From Botryllus schlosseri (taxonomy: Eukaryota): DNA of 64,000 nt. The stretch is from contig CM119372.1 in NCBI GenBank assembly GCA_051294905.1, forward strand, positions 24,058,001 to 24,122,000, read 5' to 3'. Of this stretch, positions 24,901-39,800 are shown piece after piece. Within the stretch, counting starts at the first letter, position 1. The number at the start of each line of letters is the position of its first letter. Position numbers and translations under genes: made by a program. A model generated the notes under the pieces. It did not search any database, had not been told where the DNA came from, and saw only the letters and a list, made by a program, of their open reading frames with translations.

Positions 24901-27900
24901 TGCTTAATACTAATGAGGGCTCGAGGTTCCCGGACCACTATCTATAACACAGTGGCTCTCAAACTCGACTCCGAGACAACGCTGACTATACGACTCTGCA
25001 AGTAGGCTACGCTAAGCGCTATTTATAATTATCTGGCAGGAAGCACCAATTCAAAATGTATGAGTTATCGCGGCCGTTTACTCGAGAATCATTATAGACA
25101 ACTACCGCAAGCTGAACACATGTTAAGAAAGCACTCACAATGAATGGAAAAGAACTAGTAGAAAGGGCCGCGGCTTCAAAGAGATCAACATCGGAAAAGA
25201 ACTGTGACATCGGGCACTCTAGGCCGAGGTGGATGTTAGAGTAAAGGATCGCTACTGATGCGTGTCGTTCTACATCCTCCTATCTGTTCATGACATCGCA
25301 TTGTGTCTTATCGCATTGTACATTGTGTGTGACTTGTTCAGATAAAAATATAACCCAACCATGTTATGTTATGTTAACTCCATCCTGCTCCACTCCAAAA
25401 GGAACCAATATAGGTCCATTACCAACAGTAAAATGATGAGGAGAAACATTCGCTGATCACATGCCGAAAGGAATGTTATTTACAAGCTGCGTACTGCACA
25501 GTTGATAAAAGCATTGTACGATATTGCATATCCACTCAACCTGTTCTGAAACATGAACTTGCCTATTTATTGTGATAGCCAGTTAAAGGTACATTTTAAT
25601 GCCAATCTGGTACACCCCAGTACACTCCATCCGAGTGGTAGCCTACACCCTTCGGACATTATGTGTCAGTGGTGTTATTTTATTTGTTCAGAGGGGGTCA
25701 AAGTAGTCAATAAAGCTACTCAAGAAGAAGTAGCGACGTAAAAATCTACTTAAGTACGAGTAGAGATAGTAATTTTGGAAGCAACCTAAAACTACTTGAA
25801 GTAGAAGTCGAATTTACTGACTTTAAATCTACTCAAATAAGTAAGTAGCTGTGAAAACTGTCGTAATTCGTTCGCATGGACTGTTAAAATCTGCAAATTG
25901 AGGTATACGAAAGGTGCAGAGAGCTTTATTCAAATTGATGCATCTTCGGAGTCAGGAGATATAAATTTTAGACAGAATACCCATTCATCCGCATCATGGG
26001 ATGCAAATGATAGCATTGATAAGGAAATGCGATACTAATTCTTTGTTTATTCAAACATCCCGTTTTCGAAAATATCATGGCATGGCGCCCTCCCCCATAT
26101 TTTAAGGCCCGTAGTTTAGTCGAAGAGCAATACGAAGAAGTTTCATTGGATACGGTGTTAACACTTTGCGCGATTAGTATACGATAATAAAAAATATGGC
26201 TGATCGTAAAAGCGTCATTTAGTGTATCGTTATTTTAGAAAAATAGAAGTATTACTACACTTGCTCTTATACTATATTCTACAATTGTTTTATGCATGAA
26301 TGTTCTCCAGACAAAAGAACCGAAACTGTATTTAGAACTCGAAGTATGATACTGGGAATTGAGAGAGAAATACAAATACCACTTCTAAGGAGCGGAAAAT
26401 ATATTCATATCTTTTGTCCAGGAAGTATTAACATTGGTCTGCTAAAACGGTCTAACGCTAGAAAAAAATAAGAGTCCACTATTTTAGATGAGGACACGCC
26501 ATGAGCTGCTAAATTACGATATGATAGGTAGCCTAATTGCTAGTTTGCAAAATGGTAGTTTCAAACGTTATGATGGGCCATATTTACTGTGATTTCATAT
26601 GGGCGACAACGTGGTGTGAACGGAATCACACAACCCGCTACCTAAATTATATTCACCGTTACTTTAATGAAAACACGGTTATCACTCCTTATGTACTGTG
26701 CGCGAAGCGCGACGAAAATTCTGGGCTTCAACTTTTATGTAAATTAATTGTTGGTACTCCGTGGAAACAGCCCCAAGATTCCTCAGGCTATCTTTCTGAT
26801 TGGTGGATTAAACTACTTCTACTTGACAAACTGAAAATAGTTAAAAGTAAGTAAGTCGATCACAAAATATTAAGAAGTAGAAGTAGCCGAAATTTGATTT
26901 ACTTAAGTGAGTACCAGAGTAGCGGAAAACTACTTGAGTACTTCGAAAAAGTAGAAGGACTTCGTTACTGACCACTTCTGTTTGTTAATCAGTTTACCAA
27001 TTCCGCGTTTGTTCTCGCTCCCCCTATTTTTGCATATAGCCTAATGTATGTCGATGGCAACCCTGATTATACCTGATTTCGCACGATCCACATCGGATCG
27101 ATTTGCGCATCTCCGAACGGGTCCAAAAGCACTTCCTGGAAGCGCCTGAAGTCCGTCCTGTGGATCTCCGCGTTATCCGGACACGCGTCGTTTTGATCCG
27201 GTACTTTATCGAAGTCGAAATCGTCGCTGCACGCATCGCCAAGGCCGTCACCTAACAAGTGGCATTGTGATTAGGGTACCGTTTAGGGTCAACATATGTT
27301 CTCCTTTAGGCGGATTTGTCTTCTTGTTTCAGGAAATCGAAAATGTCCTCTGAGGACGCCTGAATGTACTTTTTGGAAATTCGTCCACTTTTACAGCTTT
27401 GATCGGGCATCAACTTAAAATCGCCATAAATAACGCGAAATACGTAATGCGTAACGTTCGAGCAGGTCATTCGGAAGTCGAGTCAGAGTGATGATCTTTT
27501 CTTTTTGTTTCAGTCAACTCAAGATTTCCAGTAAATATTTCAAAGTCAGCTGTTTTCAATTTCGGCGAACTAACTTTTATGATTTGATAAGTGTCCTCCT
27601 TTCCTTATTCCAAAATATGGTAATCCTAAGACCGTTAGTTTTGGAGATATAGCCTACATTGCACAGTACATGATGTTTATATCTTGGATTCGAATCGCAC
27701 TGGAATGTGAACAGGTCTTTTGGAAACATGATTGTATCCGGACTTGCATGTCACTTCAACTGCTTGATCCGCATAAGATTCTGAATTATTTAATTTTGTG
27801 TTGCCACTGAGAATTTGTTCGGCCTCCCGAAGCCATCCCGAGCGAGATAGTGTAATGGTGATGCGTCTGGCTTCTCGGTCGGTAGGTCGAGGGTTCGATC

Positions 27901-30900
27901 CCCGGCCGGGTCATACCAAAGACTCGAAAATTGGTATCCGCAGCTATCCTGCGTCCCGTCGTCAAAGCATCGCGATGGTGCAGGCGAAAAATAATATCAT
28001 ATCTCTCTCCTTCGTTTTGCATATAGTCACATCTATGTAGCATTCGAGTTGCGACTCCTCCGTAAAGTAGGCCTATCTGATCAGAGATCGTCACGGTCTG
28101 TCACCGGAGGCGGTCAATACTATACTATACTTCAATACTATACTTCAAGAGAAAATGAAGTAAGTGGTTAAAATAGTAGATTCGATCGAGGGAAAGCATA
28201 CCTTTTGTCATCTAATTTATAGAGCGCTGACTATAGCAGAGAGAGAGAGATGAAATTAATTTTCGGCGGCACCATCGAGATGCTTTGATGACGGAGATGT
28301 GATACGACTGTAAGGTCATCTAGTCTGCGCCCCCGTTTTTGTATCCTTCATGTTATCCGGGGATGCTGAGAGTCAAGCAGGCAGGATAGCCGCGCATGCC
28401 AATTTCCTAGTCTTTGGTCTGACACGACTGGGGACCGTACCCACGACCTAACGATAAAAAAGCCGGACGCATCACCATCACGGTATCTCGCAAGTGCCAA
28501 GCAAGCAAGCTATGTCATCCCTACACTATAGGACACTGAAAATTAGGGCTAACAAGATATAGAAGGTATAACGTTAAGTTAGGACGGAGTGCGTAGTTGT
28601 AAAGTAAGAATGAACACAATACTGTTGTTGAAATGCACGTGCAAATAAAAGGGAATAAACTATGAAAAATATAGTCGTACTAAGGAGAAGAGGTGGTCAA
28701 TAACGAAGTAGGCCCATCTACTTTGCGAAGTACTTCGAGTAGATTTTGCCCAGTAGAAATGTGCGGCGCTACTTCTACTTCTACTTGAGTAGCGACAGTG
28801 ACAATACTTTGACCACATCTAGTGAGTAAGATCATCTGATGAAAGTTGGAAGACTCATAAAAGCTTCTGCGATTGAGAGCGCAATGTCATTCTGAAATTG
28901 TACTGTTTATAGTTTAGTAGAAGCGGAATTAGTCTAAAAATATGCCCACTGGAGTAGTTAGTGCAAGTAGGCAAAAGCTAGCTGAGAACTCCGAAAAAAA
29001 GAAGTACTTCGTAGTAAGGGACATTTTTCCAGATCCGGATCTTCAATTTAAATATGGAAAGTAGATCCGGAATCCAATGTTACTGGCCTAATGTGACCTA
29101 GGTGAGACCGGGACAATTGTAACACTTTTTGTATTTTCTAACATTACGTGTTTTTCTCGTGGGTATTTCGTTTCCAAACTTTTATATAAAGAAGTCAACA
29201 ACTCGATAGTGAATATAAAATCTAAAATGGAACTCAATCAACAATCAATCATGGAAATTTTGGGTCGCGAAATTCGTCGCTCAAATGTTACAATCACCCC
29301 GTACCCAGGGGAAATTGTAGCGCCCATGCGGGGCAATTATAACAGTGTTCTTTATGAATAACAACAAACGAAATGAACAACAAAAACGGGAGCACAAATT
29401 GTATTATTGCATTAAATTAAAAAAGAAAAGTTTGAACGCTTCCAGGCTACCCCAATCGCATTTTGGCATCTGAATAAAGTATCACCCTTGGTGCCTTATG
29501 CATGGGCTCAAAGTGTACAAGCAACACATTCATTCCGTCATATCCCTACACATATTCGGCCTCTTCTACCAAGGTCCTGTAGTTCAGCGTGCATAATGAG
29601 TTGGGCATTCGGTCACCTGCGAAGTTGCAAAACCGACCTATGGCTAAAACATCTTGGTTGAATGGGCCGATAATAGTGCAGCAAAACGAGGACACAACAT
29701 TGTGTGGCATCAAAGCTAATGGTATCCTTCTGCTATGTACGAAATTAAAATAAATTGTTCACACCAAATGACAAAATGTAAGTGGGTCATGCTCAAAGTC
29801 AGGGGATGAGGATTCAGTCACGGGCAAGTTCTAAGTGACCGTTGAAGGTCGACACACCAAACGTCGATCAACATGGGATAGGGTATAGTAGAATCACGGA
29901 AATAACCGGACCGTAAGATTCACATCACCACTTCTATATGGCCGTTCTGACAGAGGATCATCTTAGAATTGGTATGGCAAGGTAGTGGCTGTTCTGGTAA
30001 TGAACTTCTGGCCGTTGCAAGATTCATCTGCAGTAGATAAATGGTTATACCAACATATCAACACAGATATTCAGCATTGGAAAGATATTTTAACGTGGCA
30101 AAAGTAATAGAGTGTTACAATTGCCCCTGACACGCTCGACCATGATTAATGTCTCAGGTCTCAGTATAGTACCTTCCGGGCGATGCAAGTCCTAGTTTTC
30201 CTATCATCACGGTAGACTATGGTAACAATGTTCCAGCTACATATATTACGTTGTAATCATTTGAGGTATTATCGGTCTGAACAAATTATTCCAGGCCGGA
30301 ATATATTTACTCAAGTCTCCAAAATTTCGTTTTTTTTTCAAATTATTCCGTAATTTCGGCAATGTTAGGAGAGATAATTACCGCATGTGCACTCAAAATA
30401 TGAAGGCGATTTCTACATCCTACTAGCGGTGAGGTTGATTGTTACATTTGCCCCGTGTTACATTTGTCCCCGGTCTCCCCTACACCACTCCAGATCGTAT
30501 ACCGCGCTAGCTGTAACCCACATCATATTATTCTTAAATATTTTTATCAAATAAAAACACCACAAGATTGAGATACAATGAAAAGGTAGGTGGGTTCCGA
30601 AAAGACTTGGAGTAGTCTTTTAATCGGACACCCACCTTGGCCTAGAGAGCAAGACAGACGCATGTACATTGTACGTACATATATACACTGGATTTAGGAA
30701 TTTTTCAAATGTTGAATCGTAAATCGTTACCGTTTTCATCTCTCTGATTGGGATTGGAAACGAGGCGGCAATTATCCGGGCCAGGAGGCCTGTAGTCGGG
30801 TATGCTGTCATTATCATCATCGTCATCGCAAGCATCGCCTGTATTTTCGTTGCTGGTTAGTGACCCTCTAACTCAGAATGATACGAATATTGGCCAGACT

Positions 30901-33776
30901 TACCGATGCCGTCGTTGTCTGTGTCGAGCTGATTGCTGTTAATGTCTTTCGGGCAATTGTCCAGATTGTCCTGTATGCCGTCTCTGTCGAAATCCTAATA
31001 AAATAACACGCTGGGAGCTGGAGTTTGGCGGCTATCGGCTACCTTGCCGCGTTTTCACGATGAATTTACGCGAGCTTGGTCATGGTTACGGATAGCGAGA
31101 TTTACAAAACTAGAGACAGTTCGTAACGACACATTGTTCACTTATCCGGGATCAGGAAAGCCTTCTTTGTCAGTACATACTCAAGTGACTTTGTACTCAG
31201 ACTACTTCAACTTTACTTACCCGTGTCGTTATGTTCTACTACTTCCAGTTGAACTTGACAGTTTTTTAGGCAAAGATAATTACCTTTTACACTTAATATA
31301 TTTGAAAAGTAGAATGTAGCTTTTGGCCATGCTCGCATAGAGATATACCAGGGGCGGGCAACATACGGCCCGCGGGCCGGATCCGGCCCGCGAAGGGATT
31401 TTGTCCGGCCCGCGGAGAGTTTTCCGTCTTACCTGATAATGTGGCCCGCGGCCCCAGTCTGCCGAGATTTCCCACTACTTGCTTACTACGTCAAATTTTA
31501 GAGACTGTATGTTGTGATATACGTGTATGCGCTGCGCAGCGTTCGAGAGTGGAGCTTATACGCGCAAGTTCGTCAAAGCGACAAGACTTGCATTATCGGA
31601 ATTGACGATATACTCAACCCTAATGTCGTTTGTGGTAATCATGGTGTTTGTCGACTACAATGATCATTTACACCAGGCTGATATTTCTTATTTTTCATTC
31701 TGTAACCATATTTTGGAAATCTAAAAGAGGACAATTTTTTTCAAATTTTCAGTCCTGCAAAACCGGAGGAAAATCCTGAAAAAATGGTAAATTTTTCCGG
31801 TTGACTAAAAAAAGAAAGGTCAGCACTCTCGCTCAGCGCCCAAAATACAGTTTTTCCTTTCACATTATCAGTTGGTTGACTAGAAAAAGGACAATTTTCC
31901 GGCTCAACTTCTGAAATAGCCGCTGGAGCGTTACTTCAGTGCTAATTTACTGTATCTCAGTCGATTTTGCCATATATTTAACCAAAATTCCCAGAAAAGA
32001 GGAAAAAATCTCAAAAAAGAGGACGTATGGTAACCCTATAGTAAGACACCGCTTATATCAGTGATCGCCAACTCAAAATAGGTCACGGGCCACGTTTCAA
32101 ATTTCGCAGAGGATGCGGACAGCATGAATTCAATATCGAGATTAATCAGGCCACACAGTTGAACAACGACGCTATCTCGTCACCTACTCAACCCTACTGG
32201 ATTGATACCTTGGTAAATTAGGGTTACCGGCCTACCGAGGTTATCGAACGCCTTGAAATCTTAATTAAGGATTGCACCGTGTGTTGATTGATCAGATAGA
32301 AGCAGACATGGCGGCGCCTGTATGACAATGCTATTCTCAAATCCACATCGTCTTCGTCATTGTCGGCGAGAAATGGCTTTGAAGCGACATTGCTGTCGTT
32401 AATATATATTCATTAAATACGATTAATTCCTTGATGAATGGGCAAATAATGTATCGATTCAGCAATCCGGCCCGCCAAGTACCTAATTTTCCTATATCCG
32501 GCCCGCGGACTGGAGAAGTTGCCCGCCCCTGAGATATACGGTGTTACTTCTGCTACTTAAGTTAGCAACACTGGCTAAGTACCCGAATAAAAATACTACG
32601 AAACCAGTCAATCCAGCATTTGAGACCAATACAATTATTGATTCGCATATCCCACCCCTCTGCCGTGATCCCAGATGGTCTAGGGGTCAGGATTCCTGGC
32701 TCTCACCCAGGCGGCCCGGGTTCGATTCCCGGTCTGGGAAATTACAATTTTCGGTATCGTGAAATAATATCATAAACGTTGAAAATCTTATATCATTTAT
32801 TCATAAGTAAACCTGAACATTCTTATTTCGCCTGTCAGTATCCGCAGTGCGACGGTGTACACCAGGGGTGTCAAACTCAACTTACAAAGCGGGCCGGATT
32901 CAAACCTTCAGAGCACTCGCGGGCCGGGCCGGACCAGTCGAATGATTCCGAAATGTTACCTCAAAATCCATTTCCTTGTTTTTCACTTGAATATTCAATA
33001 ATAAAAATATGGTATATCACGGACCATCGGGTCCTATTCGATCAACAATGGAATTGGCAAAATTAAGATGATTGGTCGGTTGAACAAGATCAACTGCTAA
33101 AACAGCGGCTTTACCGACGATATACGTTGGCATATTGCTATGATTGCTTTGTTTTAGTCGTAACCTCACAATACTGACCTGTATATGCATGCATGAGGAA
33201 TACAAGTGATTTAACCGTAAACGTATATAGACGTTGAAATTTGGTTCAATATTTTTATATCGCGATTTATTTGTATCTCGTGTCACGAATAGTAAGTGCC
33301 GCAGATCAATCATATATCATGGACCAAAAATATGGAATGACATTCCTTCGGCCATTAAAGAAATGTCTTTTTCAGCCTTTTGTCGCGAATTTAAATCTCA
33401 TTTACTCTTGACATATTGAAGTTAGTTAGATTTGCATTGTAATTGCCGTATATTGGATTCGATAATCTTACGTTGCCAAATTGTTTTTTTTTCTAGAATT
33501 TGAACTGACAACTCTGTACATTTATCTATCTTCTATTTATTTTTTGTTTTCATTGCATTTCATTCTTTCGTTTACTTCGTTATTATTGTTGCCTGTTACT
33601 CTGTTGTTGTTCCAACTTACCACTGTTCTACCTGTTTTTTTGATTTATTACTGACGCGAGGCTATATTAAAATACGATTTTTTTACTCCAACAATGCAGC
33701 TGACTAGATGGTCCCTAAGGACCGTATCGCTGCTACATGTATTTTATTTTGAACGCAATTTTTTGCTCAATAAAAA

Positions 33777-33816
<40 letters not shown>

Positions 33817-36800
33817 AGTTTCTATGCGGGCCGAAGAGCTGTTAAGTCATAAGCGCGAAAGGAGTGTGAGAACAGATATTTTAATTATATTTTTGTGTCA
33901 TAATTATACTTTCCATGTAACCTGCACAAATCGATTTCTAACTGACGTTTTCACTTCTGCAAATAACTATTTTATGGCACATTTCCCCATAAAACTTTGA
34001 ACTCGCTGTATACTTTTTTGCCTTATCGTAGCTGGGTGTCAATGGGTATTTAAGCGATTTACGACTGTCCACTGGCATGCGGTCATACGGAATAGAAGTA
34101 ATCATCGAAATGTGACCGTGAATAGCAAAAATTTTGGACAGGACTTCCAGCGTCAGTGAATTTAGTGACCAATACAAATATTTATTTGACAATTCAGCTC
34201 CTCCGACGAAATCCGAGATGGTCTAGGGGTCAGTATTCTTGGCTTTCACCCAATAGGCGGCCCGGGTTGGATTCCCGGTCTGGGAATATCGTTTTACCAT
34301 AAATGCTGCCATTCTTATACCGGGTTTAAGAGTCATTCATATCTAATTTACACATCTTCACTTCGCCACACATTATTCATATTGCACGGTTATGGATTCG
34401 AGAATTCCAACCCCGCGCTGTCGTTGTTCCAGGGGTAAGGATTATTGACTCTCACACAGATCCCGGATTCGAATCCTGGTATGGGGAACGCTAGTTGTGG
34501 GCATCGCGAAACAATACCATGGAAAAAGATTCTTTTCGAGCAATCAAGGGTAATACATATCCAAATTTCATCCTGGGAGTCGCGACCTGCGAGGGGGTCG
34601 TTTGTCCTTTTTTGCGAGAATCAAAAGTGGTGACCTTTGTATTTTTGACTGTCATAAATGAGCTTCCCAAACATAGCCTCATCGAATTTAGGGGTGGGCC
34701 GTGAAACATTTTCAATACCAAAATTTCGTTGCGACCATAAAAAAGGTTGGGAGCCATCATAGTTTAGCGGTTAATCGGAAGTTGGAGAGTGAATCTTTCG
34801 CAGCCTTTACTCATAGAAATGATGCAAACGTAACCCAATACTACTTCCAAAAATCCGAAGTCTTCAAAGTAGGCCTAAGCTTTTTGCCTTCATAATAACT
34901 TGTTAAGTAGGCCTAGTGGTGGAAGCAGTCTAAATCATACCCACTCGAGTAAGCAAGTATAGACAAAATATGCTTGAGTACTGCGAAAAAATGGAAACAC
35001 TTCGCTACTGACCACGTTTCGTTGAAATATCGTGAACGTATTTAAAAAGTGGAAGCATAGATATCACTAGCAACCGCCAAATTTACAATGATTAACAGCC
35101 GCGATTCGACTTCCAACTTTTAGAAAGCTGCTAAAGCCAAGATAGTTTGACGATTTTATTCGTGGATATTCACCATTCCGTCGTCGCAAGCGTCTCCAGT
35201 TTCGTCGTCATCATTGTCCTGTTGAAGTGGATTTTGAATTTTTGGGCAATTGTCGCAAGCGTCTCCCACACTATCTCCATCACCGTCGTACTGGACTGCG
35301 TTCGGATGCGCCGGGCAATTATCTCGTAGGTTGCCGATGCCTGAACAATGTGAACATAGATCGAACTTTCTGTCTCAGTTTTAATAATAATTTTATCAGA
35401 ATAATGCGCCACAAGATTGTGCTACTATGCAAAGATAGCAAGGTATCGAAACGACTTGGAGTAGTCTTTTCTTTACATCGTCTAGGCAACGGTGCCTGTC
35501 AGATTTCAAAGACTACTCCAATGTATACTTAGGGTTGCATTTAAAGCAAACGGTGTTTTAAAACACTTCGTTCAAAACATGTTTTAAACGGTGTTTAAAA
35601 AAAAGACCTTTTTAAAAAAAAACTAAATTGTGTTTTTTTCAAGTGATAAAATTATGCCATAATTGTGTAAATACTTTACAAAAACATGTTGTGTGAGACT
35701 ACGGACAATTATCACCCGATATAGCCGACGTTCATCGATATGGGATGGTTGGAACCCTCAAAATAGTTGGTTCAAAAGCAATAGTACATATATTTCGTCA
35801 AAGGAGTTATTTATACCCTATATTTTCAATTGTCAATGTCAATCCACTATGACGTTACAATTGAATATTCGTGACGTCATGGCTTAAAAAAAACATAAAA
35901 TACAATAAAACACATGTGTAATATTAGGGCTTTGTTTAAAACATGTTTGTTTTAAATTGATTTTTTTTAATGCAACCCTAACTGCATGAAAAGTAATACA
36001 AGATAACATATAGAACAGAGGTCTCAAACACGCGGCCCGCGACCGTATTTTGGATTCGAAGTATTCGACAATATTTAAGTGTCATACATCTTTTTTTATT
36101 TGAAAACTGGAAATTGGCCCCAAAACTACCCCAGAAGCTTGAAACTACTCATCAAACTTCACTATTTCATCACTTTCAAAAGTTACCACTGAGGGCAGGA
36201 TCACTGAATACTTCGGCGATTGAACATTTCTATTGCTATGACACAGTACGGTAATCATTATATTCAAGTTGTTTTAGATCTGTTCCAATATTCGAAGGTA
36301 AATCAAACGCTGATTTAATTTGGCATAGGTAATGAGACATAATCAATAGCTGCAACACCAATGGGAGCGGGTTCGAGTCCGACCGAGGTCGACTTTCAAG
36401 TGTTAGAGGTTTACCTATAGGCCCCTCCTCGCCGCCTCATCCGCGTCAGCGGTGTCTTACAAAAGCCTAAAGGTGGGCCGTGCTAGAAGTCGGCAGTTTC
36501 GGAAAATAAGAAGAATATCGGCCTGGTGTAAATGACCATAGTAGTCAACAAACACCATGGATACCCCAACACAAACAAACAAGCAATAGCCTTGTTATCA
36601 GGAGTATGCCTGAAACTCGGAATAGGTTGTACTGCTCCAATGCTCTGATAGCAGCAGATCAATCTTTGTAAAATTCTAAAATATTCTACCTATAACGTCA
36701 AATTTCCGTTAGCTGCAAAATTATAACGCAACAGCTTTTACGGTGTCCTGATGCATTTTTACTCTCGCATGGTGTCTACAGCAGCTATGCTAAGTACAGC

Positions 36801-39800
36801 AACAATTTTATTCAAATATTTTAAAATGTGATTTTTTCGTGCCGAGCGTGAATTCACAATAGTAAATCACATTTTAAAGATGCGTGTGGTATGTCAGTTT
36901 GCAAGGTCCCGTCAAATAAAGTCTACTCGAAAATACATTGAATTCCTCCATTATTGTTGCTGAGGCGCGCAGCGCCATGATCAAGTAGCAAATTGACCCG
37001 CGAGTACATTTGAGTTTGAGACCTCTGATATAGAAGGACAAGCGACATAAATGTGGTGGCATGTGACGGAAGGCGAAGTCGATATATCAGATCGTGGTCG
37101 AGTGATCTCGAGCGCTGACTATTTAACTGTGTTGTTGTTTTGATATTCATGGTGTTTCGACTACATTGGTCATTTTACACCTGACAGATATTCTTTATTA
37201 TTATTCCGTATTTACCGACTTGTTGCACGGCCCACTTTTAGGCTTTTTAAGACACCGTTTACCCTTACAAGGATGAGATGGCGATCAGATGTAGAAATTC
37301 TGGAGTCGACCTCGGTCGGACTCGAACCCGCAACCAATTGGTGTCGCAGCTGTGGATCATACCACTACGCTTTCTCATCAGACTAGTCATCAGACTGTGT
37401 TCGGTTCGGTACCGACGAATGAAAGCTAATTACCATAGATTCAAATCGGAATATACATTTCGAATCTACTACAGTCATTGCTTAAATTAACCATCTGTTA
37501 CGGGCGAGCAGAGGAGATCAAAGTAGTCACCGTTTCAACTCAAGTACAAGTCGAAGTAATACCGTAAATTTGCAATCAAGTAGAAGTGGCGATTTCCAAG
37601 ATACGTCAAAACTACTTCAAGTATTAAAATAGAAAGGGATAGGTCTCAACCGTACTAATGTAAGTAATTTTTAAAAGTAGATTTGGTCGAGTGGTCGGAT
37701 AAGTTTAGTAGTCGATCGAAGGCGACAGTTTTTCAAATCGAAAGATTCTGCATCGCGGATAACATACGGCGACGTATATAAAAATGTAAATATATTAGGG
37801 TTACCATACGTACCGTTTTAAGAGGATTTGTCCTCTTTTTTTAAAGTGTCCTCAGAGGACGCCCGAATGTCCTCTTTTTTGAGATTTTGTCCTCTTGTTT
37901 GAGGATTTTGTTTAAAGATAGGGTAAAATTCGAGTGAGATACAGTAAATCAGCAGCGCAGTAACGCTCCGGCGACTATTTCGGGAGCTGAGCCGGAAAGT
38001 TGACCATTTTATTTAGTCAACCAAGCACAAAGTCGGGGAAAATTTACCATTTTTTCCGGATTTTACTCCAGAAATGTTTGAAAATTTTCGAAAAAGTGCC
38101 CTCTTTTCACGTGTCCAAAATATGGTAATCCTAGAATATATAGCTGCACTTGTCGAATATAATACCAAATGTAAAAAACTAAGTAGTTTTTTTTTCTACA
38201 GAAATCGTTAAGTAAGTATAGAAGTAGCCTAAAAATAAAACAACTCGCTCAAGTGTAGTGCAAAGTATAGGCAAAGCCTGCTTGAGTATAGCAGTCGGAA
38301 AAGTTAAAGTAATTCATTACCCTTGGTTATGTTTTAAAAGTTTGACATGATTGGATACAGAGGACCAGATTCAAGTCGAATCGGATAATTCAAGACCATT
38401 GTCGCGTTGAATCGGCGATTCAAATTCTGACATCCCTATATGTTCTTCCGTAAAAACACGAACATTAGCATACCGTCTCCGTCCATATCTTCATCGCAAG
38501 TGTCACCGACTCCGTCGAAATCCAAGTCTCGCTGATCCGGGTTCGATATTTCGCGGCAGTTGTCGCACGCGTCGCCGTGCCCATCCGAATCTGAATTGCT
38601 CTGGTGCACGTTCACGTGGAGGGGGCAGTTGTCCTGTAATGTATTCGCATTGAAATTATGAAATTGGAAATGCTCACATCCGCATATTTCCTAGACCATC
38701 ATGCTATCCTTTCAGTATAGGTATGGCGGTTTTCAGAAGCAACGTAACATGAATTTTTCTACTGCTTAACCTACTCAATGATTTCTCTAGTGCACTCTTC
38801 GCGAAAAGAGTTTGTGTTCACACCCACAGTGCCGAAAAGGGTGGTACACGAAAACAGAACCTAACTCAGAATTATACGCATAATTTGGATTAAAATGTTG
38901 TACTCAATTTATACCGCGGTATAAGTCTGGGGCAGGTTCTGGCTTCGTGCGCCATGGGTGTACATTCACACCCGTATTTCAGGGTGGTACGCAGGTGGAA
39001 ATACACACCCTTCTCGCCAAGAGTGCACGTCTTTCTTCCCTTCAACGGTTTTGAGGATCATGTGGTTGGGCTCACTTCTACATTTCCCTGCTGCGTTTTG
39101 TCAACGAGAAAGTGGTCTTCGAATGGATAATCATGAAGACTATCTAGGTAAGGGGCGTAGCTACCATAACATCGGGGCGTATAATAGACTTTGTGTAACC
39201 GGCACAGAACGGCTTGGAAATTGCACCTGTTAGTGTCGCCATTTTTAATTATGAGTTAATCGCGGGCATGCACGCACAGTGCGATTGAAAAATTCATCGG
39301 AGTGAATGATGGTCGATATTTACTACTCTGCGACGCGCCTGCTTTTCAATCAATCTACCTTACAATATTTTCGATACTTCGTTTTATACCTAATCCTAAA
39401 TAGGTTTTGCTAATGCTAGACAAATAACGTCCTGGACCCTTCCCGTTACATCAACTGCTAATAAGATACCTTCTTCGTGTATCGAAGCGCGACTTCAACG
39501 TCGTGGTTTTATGGCTAAACACTGCTCCTAGAGCGAGTGAACAAAACCGTGGCAACAGTGGCAAGGCGTAAATTATACGTCGTCATATCGATTTGATCGG
39601 CAAGTTGAGGACTTCATACCCAAGCACTATATCATGAACAGCGATTTTCGAATGATTTTTATTTTATTTTTTTGTAACCGGGAACCGGGAAGCCCGGGTT
39701 CGATTCCGCGACGGAGGATATTCTGGGCTCCTCTTCCCCCGCGTCGCTGTTCTTACGGCGACAAAAAAGTCCAGAAAAAAGATCCGATGAAAGAGCGCAC

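Noticed and set aside
27842..27915. Functional tRNA
   Set aside because: The stems are imperfect and it continues into a SINE body and tail with a second local copy.
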